Source: Polyangiales bacterium
Lineage (GTDB): Bacteria > Myxococcota_A > Polyangia > Polyangiales > Polyangiaceae
Assembly (NCBI GenBank): GCA_038230375.1
Contig: JBBRNJ010000052.1
Location: forward strand, 1-64,000
DNA length: 64,000 bases
Direction of reading: 5' to 3'
Under the pieces are notes generated by a model. That model had not been told where the DNA came from. It searched no databases and saw only the letters and a list, made by a program, of their open reading frames with translations. The translations under genes and the position numbers were made by a program. Below are positions 57,340 through 64,000 of the stretch, piece by piece. Each line of letters opens with the position of its first letter. Positions within the stretch are counted from its first letter, which is position 1.

Positions 57340-59292
57340 ATGCGCATTCTTCGCTCGGCTGCTTGTCTTCGTTCCACCGCGCTCGCAGCGCTCATGACGG
57401 TTACAACGCTCGGCCTCTCGCAGGCCTCCTGCGGGAGCGACAACAACACGAGCAGCGACGTGGACGCCGCGCCGATCCAGACGGGCGCAGATGGGAGCAC
57501 CCCCATCGGCGATGGCGGGCAGATGGCCGCGTGCTCGCTCCCGCCTACGGGGCCCGCGAATGGCTACGTGCTCCGGTACGACCAGCTCGGCTACCTCACG
57601 AAGGGCACCAACTGGGCAATGATGCTCTCGCACGGGAAGGCCGCGCCCAGCTACCAGCTGGTGGACGACAAGGGCTGCGCCGTCGGCACATCAACGAAGG
57701 CCAGCCCACGCGCGGTGGACGTCACGAGTCGCGCGGGCAGCAAGATCACCGGCGACCGTATCGATCTGTCCGCCATCAAGTCGCCCGGCACCTACTGGGT
57801 CGTGGTGGACGGCGTGCGCTTCGGGCCGATCAAGGTCGCCGACGACGTCTACGCGAACCTGGTCCCCACCATGCTCGCGTTCCTGAAGGAGCAGCGCTGC
57901 GGCGCCACCACCGCGGCGATCTCGAAGCATGCGGCGTGTCACCTCTTCTCCTCCGTCACCGCAGCGGGCCACTCCGGCGACGGCGTGGCGGTCGCCGACG
58001 GCACGACCACGAACATCACGCTCGCGAGCGGCCCGGCCGTGGACGCAGAGGGCGGCTGGCACGACGCAGGTGACTACATCAAGTTCGTCGGAACCACGGC
58101 GTTCGTGCTGTCCGTGGATCTGCTCGCGCTGCGCGACCACCCCGCGGCGTTCTCGTCTGCGAAGCTCGGCAACGTGAGCGCGGACTTCAAGGCGGAGATG
58201 CGCTGGGGCCTCGACTGGCTCGTGAAGATGCTGGGCGGCGCAACACTCTATCACCAGTCCTCCGGAGAGAAGGACCACGATCCGGATCCGCGCGTGCCCG
58301 AGGCGGACACCACCACAGCGATCCCGGGCTACGCCCAGCGTCCGCTCTTCATGTTCGCTGCCGGCAAGGGCGCGAACCTGCTCGGACGTGGCGCAGCGGC
58401 GCTCGCGCTCGGCTCGGTGGTCTTCAAGGACGACGCCGCGTACTCCGCAACGCTGCTCGCAGCCGCGCGGAATGCCTATGCAGCGGTGCCCACGCGCCTT
58501 GCCAACCAGAACCCGGATCCCGTGGATTTCTACCAGGAGAGTCACTACGCGGACGACCTCGCGTTCGGCGCGGCGGAGCTAGCGCTCGCCACGAACGAGC
58601 AGCCGTTCAAGGACGATGCAGTGAAGTACTCACGCATCGTCGACACCACGTCCACGCCTGCGAAGCCGCTCTACTGGGGTGACACCACCGCCATGGGTCT
58701 GCTCGAGACCGGGCGCCTCTTTCCCGTCGGCGATCCGGTGCGTGTCGAGATGGCTGGCCTGCTCACGGAGATCGCCGTTCCCATGCTGCAGTCCGCCACC
58801 ACGCCCACGGGGCCCGGCGCCCCGTACCACTACGCGCTGGACGCGTTCGACAACGGCACCGTCGAACAGTCGCTGGGCGCGGCGGCCGTGTGCCTTGCCG
58901 CGCGGCGACTGGGCGGAAACGACGCCTGTGATCAGGTTGGGCGTGATCAGCTGCACTGGATGCTGGGGCTGAACCCATTCGGCTACTCGTTCCTCATCGG
59001 CGCCGGGACCACGTACCCGAAGCATCCGCAGCACGCGTGGGCGCAGAAGACGGGCAACGAGATCACCGGCGCGATCGTCGGCGGTCCCACGGGCATCAAG
59101 GTGCTCATGGACATCTCGTCGGGAGATCCGAGCCTGGTCGTTCCCACCGCCAAGAGCCCGCTCGCGGAGTGGTCCACGGACGACCTTGTCTACGAGGACG
59201 ACGTGACGAACTACGTCGTCAACGAGCCCGCGATCGACTTCTCCGGGCCGCTGGTGTTCGTGATCTCGGAGCTCGTGGACCCGCGACCCTGA
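57340..59292 (+). CDS. Glycoside hydrolase family 9 lipoprotein
   Basis: Lipobox ASC; DQLGY Ig-like N-domain; GGWHDAGDYIKF; WMLGLNPFGYSF..G.G...PKHPQH; Y.D....Y..NEPAID. Confidence 0.88.
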   Translation: MRILRSAACLRSTALAALMTVTTLGLSQASCGSDNNTSSDVDAAPIQTGADGSTPIGDGGQMAACSLPPTGPANGYVLRYDQLGYLTKGTNWAMMLSHGKAAPSYQLVDDKGCAVGTSTKASPRAVDVTSRAGSKITGDRIDLSAIKSPGTYWVVVDGVRFGPIKVADDVYANLVPTMLAFLKEQRCGATTAAISKHAACHLFSSVTAAGHSGDGVAVADGTTTNITLASGPAVDAEGGWHDAGDYIKFVGTTAFVLSVDLLALRDHPAAFSSAKLGNVSADFKAEMRWGLDWLVKMLGGATLYHQSSGEKDHDPDPRVPEADTTTAIPGYAQRPLFMFAAGKGANLLGRGAAALALGSVVFKDDAAYSATLLAAARNAYAAVPTRLANQNPDPVDFYQESHYADDLAFGAAELALATNEQPFKDDAVKYSRIVDTTSTPAKPLYWGDTTAMGLLETGRLFPVGDPVRVEMAGLLTEIAVPMLQSATTPTGPGAPYHYALDAFDNGTVEQSLGAAAVCLAARRLGGNDACDQVGRDQLHWMLGLNPFGYSFLIGAGTTYPKHPQHAWAQKTGNEITGAIVGGPTGIKVLMDISSGDPSLVVPTAKSPLAEWSTDDLVYEDDVTNYVVNEPAIDFSGPLVFVISELVDPRP

Positions 59293-59316
59293 TCGGTCCT
59301 GGCGACGCGATCTAGC

Positions 59317-60108
59317 CTATTTTCCCTGGAATGCGGGCTTTCGCTTCTCCGCGAACGCCTTGAGCGCCTCGCGGCGATCCTCGGAGACGAGCGTCTTGTC
59401 GTACGCATGCGACTCGAGCAGCAGGCCCTGCTCCAGTGACGAGTCGAAGGATGCGTCGATCGCCCAGAGCGCAGACGCCTGCGCGATGGGCGCGCCGTTC
59501 GCGATCGGCGCGATCCACTCGATGACGTCATCGACCAGGTTCTTGCCAGCGGGGGTGATGCGGTTCACGAGGCCCCATGCGAGCGCGGTCTCCGCGTTCA
59601 CGCGTCGTCCGGTGAGGATCATCTCCTTCGCGCGCGCCTCGCCCACGATGCGCGGCAGCCTCTGGGTGCCGCCGGCGCCGGGAATGATGCCCAGCGTGGT
59701 CTCGGGCAACGCGACCTCCACATGTGCCGCGCAGACGCGCAGATCGCAGAGCAGCGCCAGCTCGAGCCCGCCACCGAAGGCGACGCCGTTGAGCGCGGCG
59801 ATGACGGGCTTGGGGCTGCGATCGATCGGGCCGAGCTCCGATCGGTACAGCTCCACCTGCACGCGCACGTCGTTCTCCGTCATGCCCTGACGTTCCTTCA
59901 GGTCCGCGCCGGCGCAGAACGCCTTCTCGCCGGACCCGGTGATCACGATCGCGCGGATGGTGTCGTTCGTGACCGCCTCTTGTGCGAGCTTGCCGAACGC
60001 GAAGAGCGTCTTGCGCGACAGCGCGTTCATGCGGTCCGGGCGCGCGATTGTCCACACGGCGACGTTGCCCCGCTGCTCCACGTCGATCGGAAAATCCTCG
60101 GTCGCCAT
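59317..60108 (-). CDS. Enoyl-CoA hydratase (methylglutaconyl-CoA hydratase-like)
   Basis: AFCAGADLKER, GGGLELAL, PETTLGIIPGAGGTQRLPR and AFAEKRKPAF motifs. Confidence 0.92.
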   Translation of the reverse strand: MATEDFPIDVEQRGNVAVWTIARPDRMNALSRKTLFAFGKLAQEAVTNDTIRAIVITGSGEKAFCAGADLKERQGMTENDVRVQVELYRSELGPIDRSPKPVIAALNGVAFGGGLELALLCDLRVCAAHVEVALPETTLGIIPGAGGTQRLPRIVGEARAKEMILTGRRVNAETALAWGLVNRITPAGKNLVDDVIEWIAPIANGAPIAQASALWAIDASFDSSLEQGLLLESHAYDKTLVSEDRREALKAFAEKRKPAFQGK

Positions 60109-62669
60109 CAGATGCGCGCTCTCTTTCCCTTCGCGGTGAGCTTCTGCAGCTGGGCGCGAAGCTCCGCGTAGTCCTTCTCGATGCGCTCGATGCGGCCGGT
60201 GAGCTCGCGCGCGACCTTCTTGTCGTCGCGGCCCAGATCGCGCAGCGCCTCGCGGATGCGCCTGCGAACGCGCGGGTCCAGATCCGTATCCAGCACTGCC
60301 GCGAGCTTGCCGCGGGACCGCACGTCGCCGATCTCCACGAGCGCGCGGGTGACGTCGATGCGGAGGTAGGGATCCTTGTCCGTGAGCAGCTCCTCGATCG
60401 TCTCGCGCACGCGGGGCTCCGTGGTGAGCTGCGCGAGCGCCCAGATCGCAGCGCGCCGCAGCCGCGTGGGCTGACCGTACCGGGTGCGCGTGAGGAGCTC
60501 CGGGATCACGTCATCCGTTCGCAGCGCTCCCAGCGCATCTGCGGCGGCCGCCGCGATCACGTCGGCCCATGACGGCGTGTCGAGCACGGCGAGCAGCGTG
60601 TTCTTCGCGATGGGATCGCGCGTCTTTCCAAGGGCGCGCGCCGCCTCTGCGCAGACCAGGTAGCTCGGGTCGGACTTTGCCAGGCGTGCGAGCGTCTTTG
60701 CCGCGGCCTTCGACTTGAGGATGCCGAGCGCCGCGACCACCGCGCGCCGCACCTTCGGGTGCTTGGTGCCGAGCGCGGGGACGAGCAGCGCCTCGGTCTC
60801 GGGGCTCCTGATCGTTCCGAGCGCATGCGCCGCCTCCGAACGCACCATCCACGCTTCTTTTTCGCGGGAAAGCGCCTGCCCCAGCGCGCGGATGGAGAGC
60901 AGATCGTTGTGCTTGGCAAGGGTCTGCGCAGCCCGCCACCGGCCGCGCGCGGTGGGCGCATGGGCAAGCTGCTCGCGCGTCATGTCGTCCGGAGCGGTGA
61001 TGGTCACGTCGCCCAGGATGCGCATCCGCGGGTCCACCACCACGAAGAGAGGCCGCTTGGGGCACGGCAGCGCGAACGTATTGGCGCGCGCGTCGAGCAC
61101 CACCTTGCGCTCGTGGACCTTCTTTGCGTGATCCACGATGTGGAGCTCGATCGGCACCTGGAACGCCGCGATCACGCCGTCCTTCGCCTCCTGTGTCTGC
61201 TTGGCGGACACGGAGAGCACGCCGTCGCTCCAGGACACGTCCACCGTGAGGTCGGGGTGACCCGCCGTGTACACCAGCTCGTTGAACATGGAGCCCAGCG
61301 AGCGGCCGCTCACCGACTCGAGTGCGGCGCGGAGGTCGCGCGTCTCCACGATGCCCTTCGCGTGCGTGGCGACGTACTTCTTGATGCCCGCGAAGAAGGT
61401 GTCGTCGCCGAGCTCCATGCGGAGCGCGTGCAGCACGAGCGCGCCCTTCTCGTAGAGGTGCCTGTCGAAGAGGTCGAGCGGCGCGTCGTAGTCCCGGCAC
61501 ACGATGGGGCGTTTGTAGCGACCCGCGGCCTCGCCCAGGTAGCCATGCAGGTCCGTGAGCAGCCCGTACTCGTACTCGTCGTGGCCCTCGGTGTGCTCCT
61601 GCCAGAGGTGCTCGAAGTACGTCGCGAAGCCTTCATTCAGCCAACCCTCTGCCCAGTCGCGGCAGGTGAGGAAGTCACCGAACCACTGATGCGCGAGCTC
61701 GTGCGCGACCAGGTCCTCGCTGGTGATGTCGATGGCGGCACGCTTGTCGATCAGCACGTGCTCGTACATGGTCGTGGCGGTGGTGTTCTCCATGCCGCCG
61801 AAGATGAAGTCGGAGACAACGACCTGCGCGTACCGGTTCCACGGGTACGGCTGACCGACAAGCTTGCCGAAGAGCGCGATCATCTCCTTGGTCCGCCCGA
61901 ACGTGCGGCGCGCGTCTTCTTCGCGCCCCTTCGGCACCAGGAACGAGAGCGGCACGGTGCCGGCCATGTCCTCGATCTCCGAGAACTCACCCGCGACGAG
62001 CGTGAGCAGGTAGCTGGAGTGCGGCTCGCTCATCTTCCAGTGGAAGCGTTCCAGCCCTGTTTTTTCAGGTTTTCGTGAGATGAGCGCGCCGTTGGAGAGC
62101 ACGTAGAACCCCTTGGGCACTGCGATGCTCATCTCCGTTGTCATCTTCTCGTGCGGCGCGTCGTGGCAGGGCACGAAGTGACGCGCGTCCTCCTCCTGGC
62201 ACTGGCTCCACACCTGACGCGGGCGATCCTTCACCTCTGCATCCGGCTCCAGGAAGTAGAGACCCTTCCGCGGCACTGCCGTGTACCCGATGGTGATCTT
62301 CGCGGCCTTCTTCTTCCCCAGCGGGATCGTCAGCACGCGGCCGTCATACGTGTAGTTTACAGCTTGTCCGTCGACGTGGACCTTGTGCAGGTCGAACGCC
62401 ATCGCATCGAGCGGGATCTCCGTGGCGGTCGGAGAGGCGCGCACCACGTCGAGCGTGGCCACTGCCTCGATGCTCTTGTGCGCGAACGACAGCCTGGCCG
62501 AGAGCCTCAGGTGCGTGATGCGAAACGGCCGGTCGCGCTCGAAGCGCGGACGCCTGTCCTCACCCAGCGTGAAGGGTCGTGCGGCAAGCGCGTGCGCATG
62601 CTCGTGTGCATGGGAGAAAGAGCCGTGCGCCCCACCGCAGCGGGCGGAGAGCCTTCCGGAGGTCGTCAT
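60108..62669 (-). CDS. pepN: M1-family aminopeptidase with C-terminal HEAT repeats
   Basis: GGMEN, HELAHQWFG-x-WLNEGFATY, YEKG; HEAT repeats; coiled-coil tail. Confidence 0.9.
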   Translation of the reverse strand: MTTSGRLSARCGGAHGSFSHAHEHAHALAARPFTLGEDRRPRFERDRPFRITHLRLSARLSFAHKSIEAVATLDVVRASPTATEIPLDAMAFDLHKVHVDGQAVNYTYDGRVLTIPLGKKKAAKITIGYTAVPRKGLYFLEPDAEVKDRPRQVWSQCQEEDARHFVPCHDAPHEKMTTEMSIAVPKGFYVLSNGALISRKPEKTGLERFHWKMSEPHSSYLLTLVAGEFSEIEDMAGTVPLSFLVPKGREEDARRTFGRTKEMIALFGKLVGQPYPWNRYAQVVVSDFIFGGMENTTATTMYEHVLIDKRAAIDITSEDLVAHELAHQWFGDFLTCRDWAEGWLNEGFATYFEHLWQEHTEGHDEYEYGLLTDLHGYLGEAAGRYKRPIVCRDYDAPLDLFDRHLYEKGALVLHALRMELGDDTFFAGIKKYVATHAKGIVETRDLRAALESVSGRSLGSMFNELVYTAGHPDLTVDVSWSDGVLSVSAKQTQEAKDGVIAAFQVPIELHIVDHAKKVHERKVVLDARANTFALPCPKRPLFVVVDPRMRILGDVTITAPDDMTREQLAHAPTARGRWRAAQTLAKHNDLLSIRALGQALSREKEAWMVRSEAAHALGTIRSPETEALLVPALGTKHPKVRRAVVAALGILKSKAAAKTLARLAKSDPSYLVCAEAARALGKTRDPIAKNTLLAVLDTPSWADVIAAAAADALGALRTDDVIPELLTRTRYGQPTRLRRAAIWALAQLTTEPRVRETIEELLTDKDPYLRIDVTRALVEIGDVRSRGKLAAVLDTDLDPRVRRRIREALRDLGRDDKKVARELTGRIERIEKDYAELRAQLQKLTAKGKRARI

Positions 62670-62743
62670 GTGGTGGCGAGCCTAAAGCAGAGGGCACGAT
62701 TCGGGAACTCCGAACCGTGCCCCATGGTGAATCGAGACGTTGC

Positions 62744-64000
62744 TCAGCGACCGAGGGCTTCGGCGCGGTTCACGATGCGCGGCGTCAGGAAGATGATCAG
62801 CTCGTTGCGGGTATCGCTCGCACGGCGACGCTGGAAGAGCACGCCGAGGATCGGGATGTCGCCGAAGAACGGGACCTGGTCCAGGTTTCGACCGGTGTTA
62901 CGCGTGTAGATGCCGCCGATGACCGCCGTGTGTCCGTCCATGACGAGCAGGTCGGTCTCCGCCTCACGCTTGAGGATCGTGGGATCACCACGCGCAGAGG
63001 TCTGGTTGAAGTCGGGCTCGTCTCGGTTGATCTTCACGTGCATCGAGACGGAGCCTTCGGCCGTGACGTGCGGCTTCACCAGGAGCTGCAGCTTGGCTTC
63101 CTGGAAGGTCGTTTGGACGCCTTGCGCGGAGATCTGCGAGAACGGAATCAACGTACCCTGGTTGATGCGAGCCTCGCGGTTGTCGAGGGTCAGGATGCGC
63201 GGACTGGAGACGATGCGGAGAAGACCGCTCGCCTCGGAGGCCGACAGACGCAGCGTCAGGTTGAAGTTGTTGTCGATCGACCCCAGGGTGAAGCCGACGG
63301 CACCGCCTTGTCCGGTACCGACTGCGGCGGGCAAGTTGACCGCGAAGTTCGGCTGCGTGACGTTTCCGACGAACGGCGAGAGACCGCGGGTCGGTGTGGC
63401 GCCGTCGTAGGCACCGCCTGACGTGGTCACGCGCGACGGGAACGCGACGCCGGTCGGATTGCCGGTGGCCGACGAGAAGGTGGAGTCACCACCCCACTGG
63501 ATACCAAGGTCGCGGCCGTAGCGGCTCGTGGCCTCGACGATTCGCGCTTCGATGAGCACCTGCGGCGTCTGCGTGTCGAGCGAGCGAATGAGCTCTTCGA
63601 TGTTGTTCAGGTTGCCGGAGATGTCGCGGCTGATGAGCACGTTGGTGCGCTCGTCGACGGCGATGGAGCCGCGCGGCGAGAGGAGATCCTTCGCACGGGC
63701 CTGGAGCTCGTCGGCGCTCGCGTAGCTGACCGGGATGAGGCGCGTCTCGAGCGGCGTGAGCTCGTACTCTTGCTTGGCCGCAGCGAGGCGCAGCTCGCGC
63801 TCCTTCTGCAGCCGGTCGAGCGGAGCGACGCGGATCAGGTTTCCGGAGCGAACCATGCCCAGGCTCTTCGCCTGGAGCACGACGTCGAGCGCCTGGTCCC
63901 AGGGAACGTTACGCATCCGGATCGTGACGCTGCCGGTGACGTCGTCTGCGGTGACGATGTTGACGCGACCGACGTCCGCGAGGAGCCGCAGGATGTTGTG
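62744..64000 (-). CDS. pilQ: Type IV pilus secretin PilQ (5' end outside the window)
   Basis: NVPWDQALDVVL, DERTNVLI, LDTQTPQVLIEARIVEA and VPFFGDIPILGVLF motifs; the frame is open to the window edge. Confidence 0.93.
   Translation of the reverse strand, partial: HNILRLLADVGRVNIVTADDVTGSVTIRMRNVPWDQALDVVLQAKSLGMVRSGNLIRVAPLDRLQKERELRLAAAKQEYELTPLETRLIPVSYASADELQARAKDLLSPRGSIAVDERTNVLISRDISGNLNNIEELIRSLDTQTPQVLIEARIVEATSRYGRDLGIQWGGDSTFSSATGNPTGVAFPSRVTTSGGAYDGATPTRGLSPFVGNVTQPNFAVNLPAAVGTGQGGAVGFTLGSIDNNFNLTLRLSASEASGLLRIVSSPRILTLDNREARINQGTLIPFSQISAQGVQTTFQEAKLQLLVKPHVTAEGSVSMHVKINRDEPDFNQTSARGDPTILKREAETDLLVMDGHTAVIGGIYTRNTGRNLDQVPFFGDIPILGVLFQRRRASDTRNELIIFLTPRIVNRAEALGR

Overview
High-GC bacterial chromosomal region. 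Gene content suggests a myxobacterium, probably Polyangiales-like (inference from the MYXO-CTERM-type tail, AgmX/PglI-type domain, many Cys-rich lipoproteins and PilQ). The left end (1-7671, minus strand) is the upstream half of a Tad/Flp pilus operon: two Flp pilins, prepilin peptidase, TadE/TadG-like pseudopilins, two unknown inserts, CpaB, an RcpA/CpaC secretin and an FHA-domain gene running off the window. Next come a cytochrome c'-like lipoprotein / WYL regulator / KamA radical-SAM cluster and housekeeping genes (pdp/deoA, metG, biotin carboxylase, xseA, aroE, mutL, miaA, rsmG). Also present are a Crp/Fnr regulator with a visible operator, secreted hydrolases (lipase-like, S8 protease, PHP metallohydrolase, GH9) and a tightly coupled KirBac / Zn-ribbon-TerB / MoxR / TPR / DUF58 / membrane-protein operon. 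The right end holds acyl-CoA carboxyltransferase, enoyl-CoA hydratase, an M1 aminopeptidase-HEAT fusion and the 3' part of pilQ. Non-coding structure includes dispersed (CGACYT)n hexamer arrays, a 143-bp palindromic element, and many -10-like boxes sitting 6-10 nt before start codons. I found no rRNA, tRNA, CRISPR array or transposase. All family calls are from motif recognition by eye, not database searches.
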